Below are positions 35,547 to 44,853 of a stretch of DNA of 64,000 bases, one piece after another. How positions within the stretch are numbered: the first letter of the stretch is position 1; each line of letters begins with the position of its first letter. The notes under the pieces are model-generated. The model did no database searches. It had not been told where the DNA came from and was given only the letters and a program-made list of their open reading frames with translations. Source of the DNA: Squalus acanthias. Its lineage: Eukaryota. The stretch covers positions 121,956,001-122,020,000 of the forward strand of contig CM059432.1 in the NCBI GenBank assembly GCA_030390025.1, in the 5' to 3' direction. Position numbers and translations under genes: made by a program.

Positions 35547-38500
35547 CTAGAACCCGCGCAGCCCGTCTACCTGTGTCCGCTCAGCTATGATGCGTGGAAG
35601 CGACCTTTGGTGGAGATGGAGGTAGAGAGACAGAAGGGTAGTTATTTGTTGGACACGGGAGCTTCTTGCACCATAATCCATACGGATAGCACTTTTGACT
35701 CGCCGCTATCTACCAGGGTCCCATTCACGTTAGCGGGGTTCACGGGAAAAGAACAGGCTGGCGCGTTCTCCCTTCCGCTATCCATTCGTTTGGGAGCACT
35801 TCACCTTAAGTGGAAGTGTATACTGATGGAATGGCAGGAGGGGGGTGGAAGAGGTATCCTCGGGTCCGATCTCCTATCAGGGCACGGGATCCTCGTGGAC
35901 CTCAGAAATCACTGTCTCTGGGGGGCTAAGAGTGAAAAAGGCGAGGTAGTAGTGATTCCGGGGGAGGAAGAAACAGGGGTCCTGTGTACCGTGCAGCCAT
36001 CCGGAGGCTACGACCTCGGGCTTATGATCGCAGGTGTCCCAACGGACCTGCAAACGTACGTGTCAGATAACATGCACGCGTTTGCAACCCACAAGCACGA
36101 TTGTGGGAGGGTTACCGGGTTTGAGGTCAGCATAGATGGGGACCCCATGACCCGGCCCCAAAAGCAGTATAACTTCCCCAAAGAAGCAGAACCCGATATG
36201 GAGACAGCAATGTCCTCCTTGGTGCAGCAGGGCATGTTGAGGCCGATAGCCACACACGTGAACTCCCCATTATGGCCGGTTAGGAAGCCGGATAATTCGT
36301 GGAGAGCCACGGTGGACTACAGAGTCCTTAACAGTAACATTCCCGCCTGCGCGCCCACGGTAGCAGCAGTTGCTGACCTAATAGGGAGTATCCCAGCGTC
36401 CGCGACCATGTTCACGGTGTTGGATATCTCGAACGGTTTTTGGTCCATCCCGCTGCGGCGAGAGGACCAGTACAAGTTTGCCTTTACTTTCAAAGGACAA
36501 CAGTACACATGGAACTGTCTGCCACAGGGTTTCCACAATAGCCCCAGTATTTTCCATCAGTGTATGGCAGGAAGTTTAAGGGAGTTTAGTCAGCCCAATC
36601 AGATAGTGCAGTACGTGGATGATTTGCTCCTATTTACGGATTCAAGGGAGGAGCATGGACCACTGCTGGACGAGTTATTGGAGCTGCTAGCGAGAAAGGG
36701 TTTTAAAATAAATCCTAAGAAAGCACGCATCGGTCAGCAGGAAGTAAAATTCCTGGGACTGACCATTCGCGCTGGGGAAAGAGCCATAGACAAAGCTAGG
36801 AGGGAGTCGGTGCAAGAGTTACCGATTCCCAACAACATAAGGGGTGTGAGGTCCTTCTTGGGACTGACTGGTTACTGCAGGGATTTTATCGAAGACTATG
36901 CGGCCACAGCGGTGCCGCTCCTCCGACTCCTCCATAAGGGAGTGGAGTGGTCTTGGGACGAGGGCTGCCAAGCAGCCTTCGAGAAGTTAAAAAGGGATCT
37001 GCAGACCGCGCCAGCCTTAGGGGCCATAGATGGGGGGAAGGAGTTTTTCCTGGAGGTAGCTGCCAGCGGAGACAGCTTGAGCACTGTGCTGCTCCAAGAG
37101 CGTCACGGCAAGCTGAGGCCGGTTGTCTATTCATCCAGGGTGTTAACGGATGTGGAGAGAAGTTTCTCCAATTGCGAAAGGCACCTTTTAGCCACGCATT
37201 GGGCTGTGAAAAGATCAGCGATCTTCACAGGGCTCTCTCCCATCACTCTCCTCACACATCACACACCAACTAAGATGCTTCTAGATGGGAGGATTAAAGA
37301 TGGGACCGTAAGCAGCGTGCGTATTGCGCGCTGGACCCTTCTTCTTTCCCAGATGGATCTTAAAGTAAAAGGTCTTTGCGAGCCCAGGCTTGCGGCCAAT
37401 TTGGTACACCCCGGTACAGCCCACCGGTGTTCGGTGGAAGGGGTGTGGGACGTCAACATAGGTTTACGGGCCGGGATACATCCCACTGGGCGCGAGATTT
37501 ATGTTGATGGGTCTAGCACAGTATCTGCTGGCGAACGACTCACAGGGTGTGGAGTTTATGACCCTGCGGCAGACCTTGCCCTGGCGATCAAGCTCCCTAG
37601 CACCATGAGCGCACAGCAGGCTGAGCTGTCTGCCGTGGTGTACGTTGTTACCCACCCAGACATTTTCCCAACCCCATACACGATTTGCTCGGACAGTATG
37701 TTCACCTGCAATTCGTGTACGGAATACCTGGCCATTTGGTCCCGCCGTGGATACACCTCCGCGGACGGGCGACCTTTAACGGTGAAGCCCTTGCTGGAAA
37801 AGATCTTAGCAGCAGCAGTAGGGGAGGAAGGAGAGATTTTCATCCAGAAGGTGAAGGCTCACTCCTCCACAGAGCCCCGTGGGGAGGGCAACCAGCAGGC
37901 GGATGCGCTAGCCAGGGAAGGTGCCCGCAACGGCATTTTCTGGGACCCCTATGGGACCAGACCCATGGCAGCGATCCAAGGCAGGGACGGGAATCCCGGG
38001 AACACCAGGGTAGCATTGCCCCTAGACCTTAAGACCGTCCAAACCCAGGATCCCGCCCTAAAAGCAGTCCTAAAAACCATTGCTGAGGGGAAGCAGGTAG
38101 AGGGTCCGTACAGTACGGCAACCCTCTCAGTTAAGGAAGGCATGCTGTTCCGCGAGGAGCAGTGGGTTGTGCCGCAGCAGCACAGGAGGGAATTCCTCCA
38201 GTTGGCTCACGAGGGACCAGGGGCAGGGCACCCCGGGCCCGAGGTTACCTGGCAACGGGTAGAGCAAGCGGGATTGTGGCCGGGGCTCATGGAACAAGTC
38301 CGCGAGTTCTGTGCAAACTGTCTTGTGTGCGCTGCAAACAACCCAGACCCCCAGAAAAGGAAGGTGCCCATGGGACACGTAAGAAGGGTAGAGGGACCAT
38401 GGCAGTCGATACAGATCGACTATATAGGACCCCTGCCCACCACCCAGGGAGGCTATAAATACTGCCTCGTCTTGGTGGATGTGTTTTCCAAGTGGGTGGA

Positions 38501-40061
38501 AGCCTTCCCCTGTCGAACAGCTACAGCACTGGGTACTGCAAAAATCTTGGTCAGGGAAGTGTTCTCGCGGTGGGGACTTCCCCGTTTTGTGGAGTCAGAC
38601 CAAGGGAGTCATTTCACCGGCCAGGTGATGCAGAACACCCTCATGCTTTTGGGCATTGAAGGGAAGTGGCACGTAGCACACAATCCCCAGTCATCCGGGA
38701 TTGTTGAACGCATGAACCGGACCCTGAAGGAGAAATTGAGGAAAGAGACTAGGAACTCGCCCCAAAAATGGGCGGAAGTTCTGCCTTTAGTCCTCATGGG
38801 GGTCCGGGCCAGTCAGTCGAAAAGTACGGGGTATTCCCCGCACGAGGTGATGACTGGGAGGCTCATGCGAACCCCCACCCATGTGCTAGCGCCGGTGCTC
38901 ACTGAGGGTCAGCTCCAAGAGATAAGCAGGGACAAGTTCGCCCAGACCCTCTTGGAGCGCCTGAAGCAGGTTTATGAGCAGGCGGCTGGGAACATGGGAA
39001 GGCAGCATCAGGGCAATCGCCTGTTGCTGGAACCCCGCAAAACGCGGCAGTGGGAAGTAGGAGACCAGGTCATGGTCAGAAACTACGCCAGAGTAGGGAG
39101 TCTGGAACCACTGTATATGGGACCCTACAATATTGTAGATAAGGCGAGTCCCATGGTATACGCCGTAAAAGTACCTCGGCGCACTAAGTGGTTCCATGTA
39201 AACCAGTGCAAACTGTACAAGCCAGGTGCGCAAGGGAAAACCACAGGGGTAAACCCCGCGAGTGGGGAAGCGCAGCCCCAGGTAGGACCACAAGGCACAC
39301 AGGCAGGCAAAGCAGCTTGCATCAGGGGAGGAGACATCCTGGAAGATCACAAAGCATTTTTGTGGGGATGGGAGTCAGATGAGGATAGTGATGAAGACGA
39401 GTGGGTTTTGGGGAACATAAGGAACGTTCCCATTTTAGGTATAGGGAGGACACGGACTGCAGATGGAGATCCGCACAGGGCAGGGCCACAAGCTGCAGGT
39501 CCCGAAGACAGGAGGGAGGAGCTAGGGGAGGCGGAGCCAGCCGCTGTGGGAACACAGGGAGTGACGGTGAGGACCCCCGAGCCCGAGCCTCCCGCTTTGA
39601 ACGTCCCGCCCTCGGGGGAGGCAGAGATCGCGAGTGAAGGGTCGCCTGCTGGGCCGAGCAGGGCGGAGCCACAAACTGCAAGCCCCGAGGTTAGGGAGGC
39701 GGAGTCAGCGGAGGCGGAGTCAGCGGAGGCGGAGCCAGCGACTGTGGTGGAACCACAGGTCGTCCCGATGGAAGTCTCGGAACCCGGTCCGTCGGTCATG
39801 GGATCCCTGCCCCTGACAACTCCCCGTAGGTCAAGTAGAGAACCCCAGCCCAGGAAGATGTGGTCATGTCCCCAGACTGCCCCAAGGTGCAGACTTAAGG
39901 TTAAGGCAGCCCAGATACAGCCCGGTCCCATCGCAGCAGCAACAGGCTGCGGCAGATCAGAGGAAGGGGTCAGTGCAGCAACAGGCTGCGGCAGATCAAA
40001 GGGAAGGGTCAGTGCCCTCCCACCGTCGGGAAGAGCTCGCAGCAGCCTTCTCAGAATTTAA
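35547..40061 (+). CDS. pol: Pol (PR-RT-tether-RNase H-IN-C-terminal extension), in frame with gag
   Basis: LLDTGAS (35646), LPQGFHNSP, YVDD (36612), IYVDGS…AQQAEL…SDS…GNQQAD RNase H, HHCC and D(38418)-D(38598)-E(38706) integrase, GPY motif. Confidence 0.97.
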   Translation, partial: LEPAQPVYLCPLSYDAWKRPLVEMEVERQKGSYLLDTGASCTIIHTDSTFDSPLSTRVPFTLAGFTGKEQAGAFSLPLSIRLGALHLKWKCILMEWQEGGGRGILGSDLLSGHGILVDLRNHCLWGAKSEKGEVVVIPGEEETGVLCTVQPSGGYDLGLMIAGVPTDLQTYVSDNMHAFATHKHDCGRVTGFEVSIDGDPMTRPQKQYNFPKEAEPDMETAMSSLVQQGMLRPIATHVNSPLWPVRKPDNSWRATVDYRVLNSNIPACAPTVAAVADLIGSIPASATMFTVLDISNGFWSIPLRREDQYKFAFTFKGQQYTWNCLPQGFHNSPSIFHQCMAGSLREFSQPNQIVQYVDDLLLFTDSREEHGPLLDELLELLARKGFKINPKKARIGQQEVKFLGLTIRAGERAIDKARRESVQELPIPNNIRGVRSFLGLTGYCRDFIEDYAATAVPLLRLLHKGVEWSWDEGCQAAFEKLKRDLQTAPALGAIDGGKEFFLEVAASGDSLSTVLLQERHGKLRPVVYSSRVLTDVERSFSNCERHLLATHWAVKRSAIFTGLSPITLLTHHTPTKMLLDGRIKDGTVSSVRIARWTLLLSQMDLKVKGLCEPRLAANLVHPGTAHRCSVEGVWDVNIGLRAGIHPTGREIYVDGSSTVSAGERLTGCGVYDPAADLALAIKLPSTMSAQQAELSAVVYVVTHPDIFPTPYTICSDSMFTCNSCTEYLAIWSRRGYTSADGRPLTVKPLLEKILAAAVGEEGEIFIQKVKAHSSTEPRGEGNQQADALAREGARNGIFWDPYGTRPMAAIQGRDGNPGNTRVALPLDLKTVQTQDPALKAVLKTIAEGKQVEGPYSTATLSVKEGMLFREEQWVVPQQHRREFLQLAHEGPGAGHPGPEVTWQRVEQAGLWPGLMEQVREFCANCLVCAANNPDPQKRKVPMGHVRRVEGPWQSIQIDYIGPLPTTQGGYKYCLVLVDVFSKWVEAFPCRTATALGTAKILVREVFSRWGLPRFVESDQGSHFTGQVMQNTLMLLGIEGKWHVAHNPQSSGIVERMNRTLKEKLRKETRNSPQKWAEVLPLVLMGVRASQSKSTGYSPHEVMTGRLMRTPTHVLAPVLTEGQLQEISRDKFAQTLLERLKQVYEQAAGNMGRQHQGNRLLLEPRKTRQWEVGDQVMVRNYARVGSLEPLYMGPYNIVDKASPMVYAVKVPRRTKWFHVNQCKLYKPGAQGKTTGVNPASGEAQPQVGPQGTQAGKAACIRGGDILEDHKAFLWGWESDEDSDEDEWVLGNIRNVPILGIGRTRTADGDPHRAGPQAAGPEDRREELGEAEPAAVGTQGVTVRTPEPEPPALNVPPSGEAEIASEGSPAGPSRAEPQTASPEVREAESAEAESAEAEPATVVEPQVVPMEVSEPGPSVMGSLPLTTPRRSSREPQPRKMWSCPQTAPRCRLKVKAAQIQPGPIAAATGCGRSEEGVSAATGCGRSKGRVSALPPSGRARSSLLRI

Positions 40062-40379
40062 AGGGGCCGCCCTGAGAACGGGCGGCGCTGTACAGTAATA
40101 AGTTTTAAGTTTTTAAGTTCATAGTTTAAGTTTCTAGGTTTATAGTTTAAGGTTAAGAATAAGTTTATAAGTTTTAAATCAGGTTAAGTTTGTAGTTTAA
40201 TTTTAACTGAAATTGATAAAATGATGGGAGCTTTAGAGATAGGTTTAGTTAAAGTTTATTCAGCGAACGTTGAAGTTTACGTGAGGCGAGGTCAGGGGAC
40301 CCGCTCACCCTTCACAGAAGCCAGAGACTCTTGCGAGGCTGGCTACCTCATTCTATCTGATCACAGGAACCAAGGAAGG

Positions 40380-42731
40380 ATGGAACGAATTCTAGTATTG
40401 CTCGCGGCAATCGGATGTGGATTGGCCTATCGAGGCCGCACCAAGGATGTCGTGGTGTTTGGATGCTCCGGGGACACGGCCCCCATCGCGGTGGATGGGA
40501 CCGGAAGACGGGAGGCAGAGGAGACCACCACCTATTTCCACAAGGGAAGGTGGCCAGGATGGCTGGGAACGAACTCGACGGAGTATTCTAGCACATCGGG
40601 GTTTGCCTACCAAGAGACTTCTTTAATGTGCCCCAAAGTAAGGATCATCGCACCCAGGATCAGCGTCACCGTCGGCAAACGGATTTGTTTGACTTGTAGT
40701 GGGAATGTCCCATTGAGCCGATGGTGGTGGCTGCGAAAGCTGAGCAAAACTATGAGGAACTCTTCGGTCGAGTGGGAACGACTGGGTAATAATACCCATC
40801 GGACAATTACGGGGACAAACGGACAAGTGAGAGTCTGTTGGGACAAATGGTGGGAACCGGATGAGGGAATTTATGTATGCATGTGGGGGTCAAAATACCC
40901 TTGCCCCAAAGGCATATCCATATTTTTCATTAATCAATGGCAGGATAACGGACAGGGGATGAGGTGGGATGCGAGCACCAGGGGGTGCGGAGCCCCATAC
41001 TCTTCGATCCCGGTAAATGCCACTGAGCTCATTACGCACCCACGCAAAGCCCCGCCCACGATTCCAGTGGTTCTAGCTGAAGAGGAAGGGTGCCCTAAAA
41101 CTAGTAAGGGACCCGGGAATGGTTTGGTACTGGTCCCCACAGACCAGATACTATTTCAGGGGGTACATTACGCGGTGGCCTCGGTGATTTTAAATCTCAC
41201 CGAGGTGCGGTTACCAGAGTGGTGCCCCAAAAAGACGGAACAGTTGTATCAGGTCCTGTTGACCAAGATGTTCAGACAATTTTACGAATTCGATTTCGCG
41301 GAAATTGATAAAACAAGTTTGTACACTGCACCACATGAAGTTTCTGATCAAGTAGGGAGGCAAAGAAGGGGTGTAGTGAACGACGCGTTCACTGCTTTTA
41401 ACACGGGTACATCTGTGGTCAACGCTCTAGACAGTGTGGAGCTGCAGACCCAGATTAATGGTTTAAAGACACAATTAAAAGACATTCTAACAGATGAGAA
41501 TAAAGTGGTTGGGTCGGGTCTACACGAGGACCAAGCCATGACTCTCCATTTAAAGGAAATTATAGCAGAGTTAGAGAAACATGCAAAGACGGTAAATGCC
41601 CTGATTAGGGAAGATCGGAATGCATCCGATCAAGCTGCGCAGAACGAGGTGTGCGTGCTTTACGGGGCGTGGTTACTGGGCGAGGGCCGCAGTAATTTGG
41701 AGGATTTAAAACAAGGTTTGGTCCCGTCCTGGATAAGTAACAAACACCTGCGGGCGCTCCACCCTTTTCAGAACGCATTAAGTCCGTGCCAGCTCAGGCT
41801 AGCTTCAGAAGCTTACCCAGTCCCCGTGGACTGCGGACGATCAAACCATACTATCATGGGTATAGTTTTACGTATGCCGGTTTTGGGCGACACAGCAAAG
41901 CCCGCCCCGGTGTATCGGGTAGAGAACATTGGTGTCATTCAGGGGGGAGCCCACATTCGCTATGCAGCGGTTCCACCTTACGTCATCCGCTGGGAGCAAA
42001 CGATGACAGGTACAGATCTCTCTGGTTGTCGTGGCAGGGGAGCACACATAATACTGTGTCCCCAGCACTTGAATGCCTTTTTAACACCACAGTGCGGGTT
42101 CAGAACGGCTGGCGCCAAGTCCATGAATTGCACCATGGAGGCAATGGCACAAGATCATGTGCCTCCGCAGGTAGCATACATCGGGGGTGGAACATATTGT
42201 GTTACCACTGCAGCGCAACACTACCAGCATGGAAACCGTAGCCGGTGTCCGGTGAGTGACAGCAGTTTCTGTTTCAAACCCAGGGCGGAAGTTCAAGTAG
42301 CACAACAGCGAATTGTCCCAATCCCTGAACCATCCACTGTTCATCTAACAGTAAAAGAGAATTTCACCGACTTGCAGCGATTCGTCGCGCATTTCGGATA
42401 CCTCATTCCCCCTCTCCCGGAACACCTCACCAAGCTTTTAAAAGCCGTCGCGGTGTCACAGAAACATTTTTACACATTAGAACAGAAAACTGTCGAAATA
42501 GGAACAGACATTCTGGATATAGTAATTCCACCGTGGTGGAATCTGTTCACCAATATTGAAGTGCCTTCATGGATCAGAATAGCCTCCCACATTTTAGTCG
42601 TATGCCAAGTTTTCATTGTAGTGTACCTATTGGTCGTACATTGTAAAAGAGACAAACGCCTCACTAAGCATGAAAACACGGGAGAGTGGCGAGAACGTTA
42701 CGTGCGCGTGCACGATGAAAGCACCGTGTAA
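40380..42731 (+). CDS. env: Env: signal peptide, Ig-like domain, F-type class I fusion glycoprotein (783 aa from the signal-peptide Met)
   Basis: MERILVLLAAIGCGLA signal peptide, RQRR furin site (41358-41369), heptad repeat, Cys-rich region, TM helix about 42570-42645, N-glycan sequons; ORF is open from 40221. Confidence 0.9.
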   Translation: MERILVLLAAIGCGLAYRGRTKDVVVFGCSGDTAPIAVDGTGRREAEETTTYFHKGRWPGWLGTNSTEYSSTSGFAYQETSLMCPKVRIIAPRISVTVGKRICLTCSGNVPLSRWWWLRKLSKTMRNSSVEWERLGNNTHRTITGTNGQVRVCWDKWWEPDEGIYVCMWGSKYPCPKGISIFFINQWQDNGQGMRWDASTRGCGAPYSSIPVNATELITHPRKAPPTIPVVLAEEEGCPKTSKGPGNGLVLVPTDQILFQGVHYAVASVILNLTEVRLPEWCPKKTEQLYQVLLTKMFRQFYEFDFAEIDKTSLYTAPHEVSDQVGRQRRGVVNDAFTAFNTGTSVVNALDSVELQTQINGLKTQLKDILTDENKVVGSGLHEDQAMTLHLKEIIAELEKHAKTVNALIREDRNASDQAAQNEVCVLYGAWLLGEGRSNLEDLKQGLVPSWISNKHLRALHPFQNALSPCQLRLASEAYPVPVDCGRSNHTIMGIVLRMPVLGDTAKPAPVYRVENIGVIQGGAHIRYAAVPPYVIRWEQTMTGTDLSGCRGRGAHIILCPQHLNAFLTPQCGFRTAGAKSMNCTMEAMAQDHVPPQVAYIGGGTYCVTTAAQHYQHGNRSRCPVSDSSFCFKPRAEVQVAQQRIVPIPEPSTVHLTVKENFTDLQRFVAHFGYLIPPLPEHLTKLLKAVAVSQKHFYTLEQKTVEIGTDILDIVIPPWWNLFTNIEVPSWIRIASHILVVCQVFIVVYLLVVHCKRDKRLTKHENTGEWRERYVRVHDESTV

Positions 42732-43170
42732 TCGGAAAATGGCGTCACTCCCGCTCGCCACGTGCGCCGCGGAAGTTTGTACTTGATCATGATTTTTAAA
42801 GACTGTAAATACGTTGGGAACTCGACATGTTTTAAGAGTTGGTGTTGATTATTTTGGTGATGGTGTTGTAGTTAAAAATGATTGTTTGGTTTTGGGTTTT
42901 GTTTTTCCTTTCCCTGAATAAAAATATGAATATACAGGTGATACGAGAGGCATCGGCCTGGTTACGCCGGGAAGGAAAACAAGTGGTGTAAGTTTAAAGG
43001 CAAATAATGCCTACGGTGATGTAAAATGTAATTTTCTTGGGAAATAAGGACGACACAAAGACCCTAGCTAGGTTAAGTTATGGGATTAATTTTCTGGATT
43101 CGGAGAAAATCGAGATAATATTGCTCACCACATTATTTTTGATACGATAAGCGGAGTTATTCGCATCAAC

Positions 43171-43179
43171 AGGAGGGAC
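43171..43179 (+). promoter_or_regulatory. Polypurine tract
   Basis: AGGAGGGAC directly before the TG of the 3' LTR. Confidence 0.75.
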
Positions 43180-44853
43180 TGTAGAATTCGCAATATATCG
43201 CAATTTTATAAATAAGGAGAAAACACATAGTTTCGTTCAAACAGGTTTATTTCAGCAGAATGCTGTCAGGTTTTCAAAGTGGACACAAGCAGCCTGTAAA
43301 ATGGCCGCCGCACCTCATGACGGAACATTCTAGACTTTTCGACAGGCAGACAAGATGGCGTTCCAATAAACATTTGTGCAAGATCGATTAAGATTCAGCA
43401 CATTGAAGATAATACACGAGACATTATGGGTTTGCAGTATACACATAAATACTGAAATCGGTCTCCCAGGTACGAATGAAAGCTATTGTACCAAGTAATC
43501 AAGGGCCCATCCAAAGACATTAATATGTAAAACCCCAACGACTCTACGATGAGAGAGCCGTTAGCGGGTAGTTATACAAGACACTTGGAAGCCCCAAAAC
43601 CCCTCCAGGGAGAACACCGACCGATTAAACAATGGGAGAAATATTAACAGGTACTCAGACATTTACGAGTAGCCCCGAAACCCATTAAAAACGGAGATCA
43701 CCTATACAAGACATTTGAGCGCCAAACCCAAACAAAAGAAAAGGCATTAAGGTTGGGCGGGAAACGGAAGATTTTGTACTATAATTACAAGCTCCAACCG
43801 TCCATCTTTCTCTTATCCGATTGACTTGTATCCTCGTGGCTGCTCCTGTGTTTTGACTCGCCGTCTTGTTCCTGCTTGCTTGGTGTCTCTTTTAAAAGAC
43901 TGTTGAACTTTGTGATCCGTTCGGATCTACCTTGTGTCGTGTAACGAAGACCTATGTTGGTAACTGGCATCGGAACCAAAGGCCCGAGAAGAGATGAGAT
44001 GAGATGAGAAGAGAGGAAGACCATACTTATCGCCACGGTCAGTAAGCCCCGACCGCGCCTGTAGGTCGAATAGCCATTTTCCTTGCCAGAAAGACTTCTT
44101 TGAACTTTGAAGAACGGACCCTGGAAGATTCTCCGTGAAGATATTGACTGGTCTGTGAAACCCATCAGGGCAGTGTCTCATGACGGACACCGAGAGAATA
44201 TTCTCGTAAGTGTTGACTGATATGTTGAACCAACCAACACAGATCTTCATCACAGCAGACGTTCCAGCCTGCTAGCCGGAGCAGAAGCAAGTAAACAAGT
44301 AGGGCCAGGAGACCCCCTGATCGACACGTGGGTGCTGCGGTGAAAACATCCGATCAGCTATTCGGAATTTCTCCGAGTTATCACGAGTGGTGAGCATGAG
44401 TCTCGAATCCTACGAATCCAGCTAGGACAGATATTGATAGGGGAGGGTTTAAGTATTAAGGATACTTGTAATGTGTACCCCTATTTACGGTGTGTCGTTC
44501 GTTCCTCGTTTCCCTAGAATTAGCTACATAACTGTGTGTAAGATTGTACTGTCATTAATCTGTGCTTATGACATGTATTTCGTAATCTTAAATATCATGC
44601 AATAAAGATTTTTTCCATTTCGTACCATTCAACCGAGTCTACATGAGTTTCATCTCCATTACTGCTCTCGCATCTAAGTCCAGTGTCTAGAACCGTAAGG
44701 GCGAGTGATTCGAACCACTCACAGGTGTGTCTAGTGCTCCCAGACTGGCTGGAGACCAGAACAGGCAACAAGGCCTAAACCCGCACTGACATACAGGCTG
44801 CACAGAGCCGCGCGAATCTCACAGGCTGAGAGACACGCACGCAAACCCTTACA
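43180..44853 (+). repeat. 3' LTR
   Basis: Copy of 32060-33733; differences seen at 43202, 43245 and 44477. Confidence 0.97.

Larger units (their letters stand above)
32060..44853 (+). mobile_element. Intact endogenous retrovirus (lokiretrovirus-like/basal retrovirus), LTR-gag-pol-env-LTR
   Basis: Near-identical 1674-bp LTRs, ACCT TSD (32056-32059/44854-44857), PBS, PPT, three uninterrupted ORFs. Confidence 0.95.

Noticed and set aside
35607..35609. Independent pol start codon
   Set aside because: It is a TTG inside the protease N-terminus; the frame is open back to the gag stop
40221..40379. Annotated Env start at 40221
   Set aside because: Signal peptide begins at Met 40380, directly after acceptor-like sites
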